Assembly (NCBI RefSeq): GCF_900184255.1
Contig: NZ_LT854640.1
Location: 2,238,703 to 2,262,702, forward strand
Length of the DNA: 24,000 bases
From: Haloimpatiens massiliensis
GTDB lineage: Bacteria > Bacillota > Clostridia > Clostridiales > Clostridiaceae
Direction of reading: 5' to 3'
A model generated the notes under the pieces. That model searched no databases, had not been told where the DNA came from, and saw nothing but the letters and a program-made list of their open reading frames with translations. The translations under genes were made by a program, and so were the position numbers. Positions 7,079 through 15,527 of the stretch are shown one piece after another; position 1 is the stretch's first letter, and the number at the start of each line of letters is the position of its first letter.

Positions 7079-8464
7079 TTATTTAGCTAATTCATAAATT
7101 GCTTTAGCATAAATTTTAATACATTTTTCAAGTAAGGATATTTCTATAAATTCATTAGCTTTATGAGCTAAATCCTCACTACCTTTAAATAAGGCTCCAA
7201 AAGCTACTGTATTAGGCATTAATTTAGCATAAGTTCCTCCACCTGTAGATAAAAGTTCCGCTTCCTCCCCTACTATATCTTCATATGATTTTTTTAAAGC
7301 TTTTATCATTTTATGCTCCTTTGGGAAATGCAATGGTGGATTATGATTTCCCATATGAAAAGTTAAATTAGTATCTTTTATTTTCTCATTAATATTGTTT
7401 ACTATACTATCACTAGAAACTGTAACTGGATACCTAATGTTAAATCTCATGCGTATTTCTGAACTATTACCATTAATAATTCCCAAGTTTAAAGTTAAAT
7501 TTCCAGACTCCTCATCCCAAAAATTTATTCCTAATTTACTTCCACTATAATCCTTTCCAATTAACTGTGAAAAATCCTTTAAAAACATTGTAAAGCTATC
7601 TTGAAAATCTAATATTTCATTTAAGTATAATATCATATTAGCTATAGCATTTTCTCCTGCTTCTGGTGTACTTCCATGAGAAGCTTTTCCTCTGCTTATT
7701 ATAATAATGTGATTTTCATGAGATTCTAAATCTATTCTATACTTTTCCTTTAAACCTTCATCTTTAAATACCTGAAGTAATTTAGAATTGCCATCATGTA
7801 TTATTTTACACTCACAATAATCAGGAACTATATTAGATTTTTTGCCACCTTTTATATAGTCTATTTTATAGCCACAAAGATTATTTTCTAACTTTTGAAC
7901 TAATTCAAAGGTAAAAATACCCTTTTCAGAGGTTACTATTGGAAAGTATGCATCTGGAGTGAAACAATATTTAGGTGCTTTTTCTTTCTTTAAATAATAG
8001 TCTATATCCTCTGTACCAGATTCTTCATTAGTTCCAAAAATAATTCTAACTTTTTTGGATAATTTAACATTAGAATCCTTTAATAGTTTTGCTGCATAAA
8101 GAGCTGCCATTATTGGCCCTTTATCATCTATGGCTCCTCTAGCGTATAATTTTTCATCTTTTATTATAGGTTCAAAGGAATTTGTATTCCAACCATTGCC
8201 TTCCGGCACCACATCTATATGTCCTAATACTCCTACGTATTCATCACCCTGTCCAAACTCCGCATAGCCTACATAGTTATCTAAATTAACTGTATTAAAT
8301 CCATAGGATTTAGCTATGTCCAATACACAGTTTAATCCTTTTGCTACTCCCTTACCAAAAGGATTAAATTCATCAGGCACATCTTTAATTGTTTTTTCCT
8401 TTAATACAATTTTTAAATCCTCTAAAAAACTATTATTTATTTTAATATCTTTAATAAATTCCAT
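7079..8464 (-). CDS. pepV: M20-family dipeptidase, PepV/Sapep type
   Basis: It has GHIDVVPEGNGW and LYARGAIDDKGP, and ends in GGGTYAK...AFGALF. I place the start at ATG 8464 (MEFIKDIK), with GGAGAG 8 nt upstream. The tracked start at 8473 is a GTG. Confidence 0.85.
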   Translation of the reverse strand: MEFIKDIKINNSFLEDLKIVLKEKTIKDVPDEFNPFGKGVAKGLNCVLDIAKSYGFNTVNLDNYVGYAEFGQGDEYVGVLGHIDVVPEGNGWNTNSFEPIIKDEKLYARGAIDDKGPIMAALYAAKLLKDSNVKLSKKVRIIFGTNEESGTEDIDYYLKKEKAPKYCFTPDAYFPIVTSEKGIFTFELVQKLENNLCGYKIDYIKGGKKSNIVPDYCECKIIHDGNSKLLQVFKDEGLKEKYRIDLESHENHIIIISRGKASHGSTPEAGENAIANMILYLNEILDFQDSFTMFLKDFSQLIGKDYSGSKLGINFWDEESGNLTLNLGIINGNSSEIRMRFNIRYPVTVSSDSIVNNINEKIKDTNLTFHMGNHNPPLHFPKEHKMIKALKKSYEDIVGEEAELLSTGGGTYAKLMPNTVAFGALFKGSEDLAHKANEFIEISLLEKCIKIYAKAIYELAK

Positions 8465-8494
8465 AATACTCACTCTCCTAAATTTTTCGTAAAG

Positions 8495-9598
8495 CTATCT
8501 ATTATTATCTTTTATTTCTTCTATCAATTTCCAATTTAATATTTTACAAAACTCTGCAATAACCTTTACTGTTTGTACATAATCTTTTCGATGAATTATT
8601 AATCTAGGTGAATGCATATATCTTGTTGGTATAGATAATGTCATTGTTACAATACCCTGAAATGTTTTGTGTATATTTCCTGCATCCGTGCCGCCTGCAG
8701 TCATACAATCATAGTTTATATCTAATCCTAATTTCTCAGAAATTTCTTCTAACTTTTTAATTAATCCTCTATTCGCTAGTGTTGAAGAATCTAGTATACT
8801 AAGTATTACTCCTCCACCTAGTTTTACTTCCCCTTTATCCATTGGAGTATCCTTAGCTGTTGTCACATCTAATGCAAAAGCAATATCTGGTTTTACAACC
8901 TGTGTGGAAGTTCTAGCTCCTCTTAATCCCACTTCTTCTTGAACTGTGCCAACTGCATAAATATTTGCACAATGCTCAACGTTTTGAAGCTCCTTCAATA
9001 CATCTATCGCCACTGCCACACCTATTCTGTCATCCCACGCCTTACCTGCTAAATAATTTGGATTATTCATAATCTTAAATTTAGAATTAGGCGTTATCAT
9101 ATCTCCAATTTGTATTCCCAATTCTTCTGCCTGTTCTTTTGTATCTATCCCTAAATCCATAAACAAATCAACAGGCTTAATTACTTTTGCCTTCTCTGAA
9201 ACTGACATTCCATGTGGTGCACGACTTCCAATGATACCAGTAATTTTTTTACCTTTTGATGTGGTTAAAATCATTTCCTGTGAAGGCAATACATGTCCCC
9301 ACCATCCCCCTACAGGTAATATTTTTATATAACCTTTGTCATCAATATCTCTTACCATAAATCCTACTTCATCCATATGTCCAGCAATCATAACCCTTGG
9401 TCCATTATTCTTACCTTTTTTTAGTCCAATAATCGATCCTAGGTTGTCATATAAAATTTCATCAGCATAATTATCTAAATACTTTTTAACAACTCTACTA
9501 ACTTCTTTCTCACAACCTGATATTCCATCAGCTTCACTTAACTCCTTTAGCATTTGTAAATCTACATTGCCATATGGTTCTATCCTATTTTCACTCAT
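8495..9598 (-). CDS. M42-family metallopeptidase (FrvX/YsdC/PepA-like aminopeptidase)
   Basis: It has IAGHMDEVGFMV, GKAWDDRIGVAV and VQEEVGLRGA. I place the start at ATG 9598 (MSENRIEPYG), with GGAGG 7 nt upstream. Confidence 0.9.
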   Translation of the reverse strand: MSENRIEPYGNVDLQMLKELSEADGISGCEKEVSRVVKKYLDNYADEILYDNLGSIIGLKKGKNNGPRVMIAGHMDEVGFMVRDIDDKGYIKILPVGGWWGHVLPSQEMILTTSKGKKITGIIGSRAPHGMSVSEKAKVIKPVDLFMDLGIDTKEQAEELGIQIGDMITPNSKFKIMNNPNYLAGKAWDDRIGVAVAIDVLKELQNVEHCANIYAVGTVQEEVGLRGARTSTQVVKPDIAFALDVTTAKDTPMDKGEVKLGGGVILSILDSSTLANRGLIKKLEEISEKLGLDINYDCMTAGGTDAGNIHKTFQGIVTMTLSIPTRYMHSPRLIIHRKDYVQTVKVIAEFCKILNWKLIEEIKDNNR

Positions 9599-9652
9599 GA
9601 GCTTTCCTCCAACACATTTATTCATATATTTTATACACTAAATATATGAATT

Positions 9653-10729
9653 TTATCTATTTTCTGACTTGAATTTTTCAATAGTTTCTTCATCTAATGA
9701 TTTAATTACTTCTATGATCGCTTCTTTTGCAGCTATGTAATCATCCACATGAATAATTGAACTATTTGTATTTATATTTCTAGCACATATATTAGTAGTT
9801 AAAGTTGGGCAACCTATAAGTAATTTATGAATCCATCCAGCATCTCCATCTCCCATGGAGTAAAAATATTGATGCTTTATATCTTCCGATTTACAAATAT
9901 TAACTAAATGATTTAAAAGCGTTCTATTAGGCATCATAGATTTATCATAATAATTAATTAATACACCTTCTCCTAACTTACCCATTGATTCTTTATTACC
10001 ATTCACATCATTTGCTCCTAAACAATCCATTACAATGCCTAAATCAGGCTTAATTAGATTAGTAGAAGTTTGAGCGCCTCTTAATCCAACTTCTTCTTGC
10101 ACTGTACATCCAATATATAAATCCACATCTAAATCCACATCTTTTAACGCTTCTAATATTTCAATACCCATAACACAACCATAACGATTGTTCCAAGCTT
10201 TAGAAATAATTCTTTTATCTCCTGCCAACACTTCAAATTGCCCATCAGCTACAATTGAGTCTCCTAACTTTATTCCTAATTTATCAATTTCCTCTTTGCT
10301 AGTTGCCCCAATATCTACTAATAGTTTACTCACTTCTATTGCCTTAGACTTGTCTCTTTCAGAGCCATTATCTATTATACTTCCCTTAAATTCCTCGCCC
10401 TCTCTGTTTATTAATCTAACTCTTTGAGCTAATAAAGCTTGATTTTCAATATTGCCTAAAGGTAATATTTTAATTAATCCCATATCTGTAATTCCATTAA
10501 CTATAAATCCCGCTTCATCCATATGCCCACAGATCATAACTCTCTTAGCATTTTCTTTTCCACAAGATTTTACTGCAAAAACTGAACCTAAATTATCGAA
10601 AATTATTTTATCTGTGTATTTTCTATAATGCTTTTGCAATGCCTTTGAAATGTATTTTTCATTACCTGAAATTCCGATTGTTTGAGTAATTTCTCTCATT
10701 AATTTTAGTGTGCTATCACTTAATTTCAT
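9653..10729 (-). CDS. M42-family metallopeptidase, paralogue of the adjacent gene
   Basis: It has ICGHMDEAGFIV, SKAWNNRYGCVM and VQEEVGLRGAQTS. An AGGGG SD lies upstream. Confidence 0.9.
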   Translation of the reverse strand: MKLSDSTLKLMREITQTIGISGNEKYISKALQKHYRKYTDKIIFDNLGSVFAVKSCGKENAKRVMICGHMDEAGFIVNGITDMGLIKILPLGNIENQALLAQRVRLINREGEEFKGSIIDNGSERDKSKAIEVSKLLVDIGATSKEEIDKLGIKLGDSIVADGQFEVLAGDKRIISKAWNNRYGCVMGIEILEALKDVDLDVDLYIGCTVQEEVGLRGAQTSTNLIKPDLGIVMDCLGANDVNGNKESMGKLGEGVLINYYDKSMMPNRTLLNHLVNICKSEDIKHQYFYSMGDGDAGWIHKLLIGCPTLTTNICARNINTNSSIIHVDDYIAAKEAIIEVIKSLDEETIEKFKSENR

Positions 10730-10756
10730 ATTTCTTTACCCCTTTTCTTTCATGTA

Positions 10757-10790
10757 TGTCTTATTAATATGTGTGCGTCTTATTAATATG
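10757..10790. repeat. Two 14-15-bp direct repeats (GTCTTATTAATATG) 19 bp apart in an intra-operon gap
   Basis: TGTCTTATTAATATG at 10757-10771 and CGTCTTATTAATATG at 10776-10790. Confidence 0.6.
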
Positions 10791-10802
10791 AACTAATAAC
10801 CT

Positions 10803-10820
10803 TTTTGTGGTTTAATCATA
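10803..10820. repeat. Solo copy of the H-element terminus
   Basis: TTTTTGTGGTTTAATCAT matches the H1 right terminus TTTTTGTGGTTGAATCAT (838-855) at 17/18. The adjacent sequence does not match the H arm. Confidence 0.5.
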
Positions 10821-10852
10821 ACCTTAATAAAAATAATTTTGTTTATAATATT

Positions 10853-11977
10853 TTATTTTGCTAATTTATAAATTGCCTGAGTGTATATTTTTGCATTTAA
10901 AATAATATCGCTAATGTCCATATATTCATTAGGATTATGTGCAATACCCTTTTGTCCTGGAAAAGATGGTCCAAAGGGTACAATGTTAGGCATAAGTTTC
11001 GCATAAGTTCCACCTGTAGTTGTAACTGGAGTACCGTCTAAACAGGTAACTTCCTCATATGCTTCCTGCAAAGACTTAACTAAAAAACAATCTTTTTCAA
11101 ACCTAACTGGATTATAATTTTGTAATAATTCTATTTGAAAATTAGTTGAAATTTTAGATTCTATTTGTTCAATTATTTCTTCTATAGTGCATACAGCTGG
11201 ATAACTTAAGTCAAATTGAAAATTTAAACAACCTTCCTTCATATCTAAATAGTACTTTCGCATCTCCATAGCTCCAAACTCTTTATCATTATAATTAATT
11301 CCTAATCTATCGCCATCTGATTTACTAGATAAAAAGTAATCGTTAACCATATTAAAAAATTCTTGCGTTAATTCTTCATAATTTTCTTTATACACCTTTG
11401 TTCCTATCTTAATTTTAGCCCTGCCCCTCTCACCATAAACCACTGGATACTTGCAATCAGGCGTAAACCCCATAATTGGAGGTTTTTCCTTTGTCAAATA
11501 ATAATTTAAATCTTTAAATCCACTTTCTTCATCAGTACCAAATATAATGCGTACTGGTTTGTTCAATTTTAAATTACATTCCTTTATGACATATAATGCA
11601 TATAGAGCACTAATAATTGGTCCTTTGTTGTCTAGTACCCCTCTACTATAAATTTTGCCATCTTCAACGTGTCCACTAAATGGTGGGTTATTCCATCCCT
11701 CTTCTATAGGAACCACATCTAAATGTCCTAAAACTCCTATATAATCTTCTCCTTCACCTAATTGTGCATATCCTATATATCCATCAATATTTTTTGTTTT
11801 AAAACCTAATTCTTTAGAAATTTCTAGTGCCTTCATTAGTGCATTATTAACATTTTCTCCAAAGGGTGCCTGTGGCTTTGCTTCACCCTTTATACTTGGT
11901 ATTTTTACCACTTCTATAATATGTTCTATTAGACTATCTTTTAATTCATCTATTTTATTATTTAAAATTTTTTCCAT
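10853..11977 (-). CDS. M20-family peptidase (short PepV/ArgE/DapE-like)
   Basis: It has GHLDVVPIEEGW, IYSRGVLDNKGP, IFGTDEESG and TTGGTYAK. No recognisable SD precedes the ATG at 11977. Confidence 0.75.
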   Translation of the reverse strand: MEKILNNKIDELKDSLIEHIIEVVKIPSIKGEAKPQAPFGENVNNALMKALEISKELGFKTKNIDGYIGYAQLGEGEDYIGVLGHLDVVPIEEGWNNPPFSGHVEDGKIYSRGVLDNKGPIISALYALYVIKECNLKLNKPVRIIFGTDEESGFKDLNYYLTKEKPPIMGFTPDCKYPVVYGERGRAKIKIGTKVYKENYEELTQEFFNMVNDYFLSSKSDGDRLGINYNDKEFGAMEMRKYYLDMKEGCLNFQFDLSYPAVCTIEEIIEQIESKISTNFQIELLQNYNPVRFEKDCFLVKSLQEAYEEVTCLDGTPVTTTGGTYAKLMPNIVPFGPSFPGQKGIAHNPNEYMDISDIILNAKIYTQAIYKLAK

Positions 11978-12071
11978 ACTATGCTTGTGCTTTAAATCTA
12001 ATATTTTATATTCACATAATTTGTATATTTTATAAAAGCACTACCTCCATATTTCATATTCTTATGTGAAA

Positions 12072-12098
12072 AGGTAGCCTAACTAAATTAGACTACCT
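12072..12098. other. Intra-operon hairpin with T-tracts on both sides; possible attenuator, partial terminator or processing site
   Basis: AGGTAG..CTAA..TTAG..CTACCT. On the minus strand it is followed by TTTTCAC, on the plus strand by ATTTTTT. It lies 6 nt downstream (in the minus-strand sense) of the GrdB-N-like stop. Confidence 0.4.
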
Positions 12099-12103
12099 AT
12101 TTT

Positions 12104-12625
12104 TTAATAACATATTTTCTTTATATAATCACTTATATCTCCGCCGTCAACTTTCTTCTTAGCTAAAGCACAAATATTTCTAAGTGATTCACTTAACCCT
12201 GTTCCACCCTTTTTAGGCATAACTACAATATTTACTAAATCCTTATATTCTGAGATAGTTTCTTCATTTTCCTTTGACATTGCAGCTATAGCTGGAATAT
12301 CAGTTTTTTCATTTATTTCATGAGCTAAAACTGCACACATTTTTGCATATCCAGCATAATTAAAAGCTGGTCCACATATAACTACATCTGGATTGATTTT
12401 TTTTACCATGGCAGTCATTTTTAATTTTACCTCATCTTCATTTTTTTTAAAAAATCCATCTCCACAATATAAACAAGCTACAACCTTTCCATCTACTTGT
12501 TTTAATGCCGGTTCTAACATACTTGCTGAACCTATAGCCATAGCTTTACCACCTAAAGGCAAATTAGGGTTTTCCTTACCACCTTGCCCTGCTTGGGTTT
12601 GGTCAAATATCATTAAAACCTTCAT
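12104..12625 (-). CDS. Stand-alone GrdB-N-terminal-like protein (glycine/sarcosine/betaine reductase component B family, N-domain only)
   Basis: 173 aa. IFDQTQAGQGGKENP...CGDGFF..NEDEV...MVKKINPDVVICGPAFNYAGY...DIPAIAAMSKEN matches my memory of GrdB N-termini (NQFFAGIGGEEKAD...CGD.YF.EN.DEA...PD..AGPAFNAGRYG...IP..TGM..EN). There is no selenocysteine-containing C-domain. Confidence 0.6.
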   Translation of the reverse strand: MKVLMIFDQTQAGQGGKENPNLPLGGKAMAIGSASMLEPALKQVDGKVVACLYCGDGFFKKNEDEVKLKMTAMVKKINPDVVICGPAFNYAGYAKMCAVLAHEINEKTDIPAIAAMSKENEETISEYKDLVNIVVMPKKGGTGLSESLRNICALAKKKVDGGDISDYIKKICY

Positions 12626-12636
12626 TGCTTTACCTC

Positions 12637-13986
12637 CTAAAGGTCATCAAAGGATAAATCATCAAATGAAATATCTTCTTCGTCTGATGCGTTATTCTTT
12701 GCTTCTTCTTCATCTTTTAAGTATTGTTTATCTAACATTTTTATAAATGGATAGTAAATTAAACATCCAAGTACTAGCAATCCTATTTGCCATACTCCTG
12801 CAAATAAGCTTCCTGTGGATAGGTATCCTGAAAATCCTATTGGAGTAGTCCATGGCAATGATACCCCTGTAGTATAAGGAATAATTCCCGCCTTAGTTGC
12901 AAATGTAGAAAGCATCAAATTGATTATTGGAACTCCAACAAAAGGAACAATTAATATTGGATTTAACACGATAGGTAATCCGAAAATAATTGGTTCATTT
13001 ATTCCAAATATTCCTGGAACAATTGACAACTTACCTAATTGTGTAATTCTCTTTGATTTACAGAATAATAACATTACTATAACTAGTGAAAGAGTACTTC
13101 CTCCCCCTCCAAAACCTGTAAAGAAGTTTGAAAATGGGTCTGTAAATATGTTTGGCAATGCCTTTCCTGCTTCAAATGCTTCCAAGTTTTCAATTGTTAA
13201 TATTTTTAAAATTGGTGAAAATACTGAATTTGCAACTGCTGGACCATTGATTCCAAAGAACCAGAAAACTGTACATACTAAGCTATAAATAACTTGTGCT
13301 ATTAATGTATTTCCTGCTCCTTGCAGTGGTGTTTGTAATACTGTATATATAAAATTATGTGCTGATTCAAATGGTGTAAGCTCAAATCCTACACGTACAA
13401 GGAAAAATATCCCAATAACTATTGCACTAGGAATTAAAGCTGCAAATGAATCACATACTGCTGGTGGAACTCCATCTGGCATTTTAATTGTCCAGCCTTT
13501 TTTATAAGCCCAAGTAAACACATATACTGATAATATAGATACAATAAGTGCCAAAAATATACCGTTAGAACCTACGTATTCAAAACCTAGTGCACTCATA
13601 GTTTCTGGTCCTTTAACACCTTCAAATGGAATTCTTGTTGGCATAAGAATAATGAAAGCAACCATTGCTACCACAGCACCTTGAATTTTATCCCCTTTTA
13701 GTTCTCTAGCATAAGCATATCCTGTACCCACACAAGTTAATAAACCAATTATATTAAATGTTGCTCTAGATACATTTGTAAACCATGATTCCCAACCTTC
13801 TCCAAGAAATCTTGTCCAGAACTCTGACCAACCTGGTACTGGGAAATTAGCTATTAATAAGAAAATAGATCCTACTATAAGTAATGGCGTCGTTATTAAA
13901 AATCCATCACGAACTGCAACTAAAACTTTATTTCTTCCAAGCTTATCTGCAATTGGAACTAATACTTTTTCTAACGCTGCAAACAT
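12637..13986 (-). CDS. PTS lactose/cellobiose-family EIIC permease
   Basis: 449 aa, polytopic. The N-terminus ALEKVLVPIADKLGRNKVLVAVRDGF and the FGINEPIIFGLPIVLNP motif are typical of EIIC-Lac/Chb. It ends in an unusual acidic tail, DEEDISFDDLSFDDL. Confidence 0.9.
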   Translation of the reverse strand: MFAALEKVLVPIADKLGRNKVLVAVRDGFLITTPLLIVGSIFLLIANFPVPGWSEFWTRFLGEGWESWFTNVSRATFNIIGLLTCVGTGYAYARELKGDKIQGAVVAMVAFIILMPTRIPFEGVKGPETMSALGFEYVGSNGIFLALIVSILSVYVFTWAYKKGWTIKMPDGVPPAVCDSFAALIPSAIVIGIFFLVRVGFELTPFESAHNFIYTVLQTPLQGAGNTLIAQVIYSLVCTVFWFFGINGPAVANSVFSPILKILTIENLEAFEAGKALPNIFTDPFSNFFTGFGGGGSTLSLVIVMLLFCKSKRITQLGKLSIVPGIFGINEPIIFGLPIVLNPILIVPFVGVPIINLMLSTFATKAGIIPYTTGVSLPWTTPIGFSGYLSTGSLFAGVWQIGLLVLGCLIYYPFIKMLDKQYLKDEEEAKNNASDEEDISFDDLSFDDL

Positions 13987-13997
13987 TTTAAGCCCCC

Positions 13998-14321
13998 CTA
14001 TTTTTTATTTTTTTTAATGAGTACAATTGCCTTTTTTAAGACCTTTTCTCCATCCATCATTCCATAATCTGCTGAATCGATTACTGATATTGGAGTGTTG
14101 ATATCTTTAAATCTTTCCACAGTTTCTTCATATAAATATTTAACCTGTGGTCCTAACAATATACAATCTGGGTTAAAAGTATCAATGATTTCCTGCAACT
14201 TACCATGTGGAAATGCCTTAACCTCAATTGGAAGTTTATGAGCATCTGCTACATTTTGCATTTTTTGTGCTAATAAACTCGTAGACATACCTTGACTACA
14301 GAATAGATATATTTTTTTCAT
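13998..14321 (-). CDS. PTS lactose/cellobiose-family EIIB
   Basis: MKKIYLFCSQGMSTSLL carries the active-site Cys. I place the start at ATG 14321, with an AGGTGG SD 5 nt upstream. The tracked start at 14330 is a GTG lying inside that SD. Confidence 0.9.
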   Translation of the reverse strand: MKKIYLFCSQGMSTSLLAQKMQNVADAHKLPIEVKAFPHGKLQEIIDTFNPDCILLGPQVKYLYEETVERFKDINTPISVIDSADYGMMDGEKVLKKAIVLIKKNKK

Positions 14322-14426
14322 AGTTTCCACCTACCTTCTTAAATGTTATTTTATTTATATATAATAAAAAAATAAATAATCTAATTAACTTTCACCATTT
14401 AAATTCTTATTATTTGTATTTTATGC

Positions 14427-15017
14427 CTAAACTTTAACTACTTTAGTTTTACCGATATAATCATGAATCATCCTTTTTTCAGCTGTTGCATACATTAATA
14501 TAACTGATACTATGGTAATTATAGCACCTATGTACTCAAGTACTACGTAGTATCTATTAGAATTTAATCCTAATCGAATCATTTGACGTAAATATTCACT
14601 GCTAGAAACAATTCTACCTTCCACAATCATTATTCCAATAATTTCACGTCTAAACATCGTTTTCAAATTAATATCCTCATTATTCATTCTAATTACCTTT
14701 ATCCCTAATAGTTTCTTACCCAGTGTTTGTCCCTTATACAAAAATGTTGGTATTAGAAGATAATATGTAGAGGATGCTAGTATTGCTAAAATTCCAGCCA
14801 GCATGCCACTTTTAAATGACATTGCTGATAAAGAACTAGCAATAGTAGCTTGTCCCGTATCCATGCTATAAATAAGCATTACAGGTATTCCTGCTAATAC
14901 AGACGCTAAATACCAGTCAATCATCATAGCAACTGCTCTTTTCCATAGACTTACATCTTTATACTCCTTCTTCTTTTTATTCTTTTCACTTAACAATTTC
15001 TTTTTGATTTTAATCAT
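14427..15017 (-). CDS. RDD-family membrane protein, first gene of the sigma-54 operon
   Basis: 196 aa. It has WKRAVAMMIDWYLASVLAGIPV plus 3-4 predicted TM segments and a C-terminal RMIHDYIGKTKVV, which is typical RDD-domain architecture. A GGAGAG SD is present. Confidence 0.65.
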   Translation of the reverse strand: MIKIKKKLLSEKNKKKKEYKDVSLWKRAVAMMIDWYLASVLAGIPVMLIYSMDTGQATIASSLSAMSFKSGMLAGILAILASSTYYLLIPTFLYKGQTLGKKLLGIKVIRMNNEDINLKTMFRREIIGIMIVEGRIVSSSEYLRQMIRLGLNSNRYYVVLEYIGAIITIVSVILMYATAEKRMIHDYIGKTKVVKV

Positions 15018-15116
15018 TATACTCTCCTATTTTTTAAATAGCATTAATTTAAATATGTATACCTTATCATTAACTATATTGGTTACATTATTGTGCTTTA
15101 CACATATAATTTAAAT

Positions 15117-15132
15117 AGCAATTGTTGTGCCA
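15117..15132 (-). promoter_or_regulatory. Sigma-54 (-24/-12) promoter for the RDD-PTS-peptidase operon
   Basis: The minus strand reads TGGCACAACAATTGCT in the canonical register, about 100 nt upstream of the ATG at 15017. Confidence 0.8.
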
Positions 15133-15201
15133 ATTGCTATTCAACACTGAAATATCAGATTTTTCAATGGTTCTACATGTAATATTTCATTTTAAAGCTT
15201 T

Positions 15202-15273
15202 AGTGTATTATATTTAAATACACTTCTCTATTACTTTTTATTTTTATTTCGTTAGTGTGTTATCTTTTGCATA
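15202..15273. promoter_or_regulatory. Putative UAS elements matching those at 5126-5197
   Basis: AGTGTATT-N7-AATACACT (a perfect 8-bp inverted repeat) lies at 15202-15224 and TAGTGTGTTATCTTTTGCATA at 15253-15273. A further ATAGTGTATCA lies at about 15282-15292. Confidence 0.55.
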
Positions 15274-15339
15274 ACTTATTTATAGTGTATCATATGTTTT
15301 TTATAATTTATACATTAAAAAAATTATATTAAACTCACT

Positions 15340-15388
15340 TAAAAACTAAAAGATTCATGTAAAGTTGTATAACCTTGCATGAATCTTT
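15340..15388 (-). terminator. Rho-independent terminator for the small membrane-protein gene
   Basis: AAAGATTCATG (15349-15359) pairs with CATGAATCTTT (15378-15388). On the minus strand it is followed by UUUAGUUUUU. Confidence 0.65.
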
Positions 15389-15527
15389 AATTTACACTAT
15401 ATGGACTCTTTTCCTTTTCTACTTACTTAGCATGAATTAATTCTTAATCCTCCAAATAAATAGAGCTAAAACCAATAAAAATCTAAAGGTTAGAGTAAAG
15501 ATTAATTCTTACTCTCCTTTATAGGTT

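Noticed and set aside
14415-14431. GGCAT-containing sequence upstream of the EIIB gene as an internal sigma-54 promoter
   Set aside because: The minus strand reads TAGGCATAAAATACAAA, with no GC at the -12 register. It also overlaps the stop of the RDD gene.
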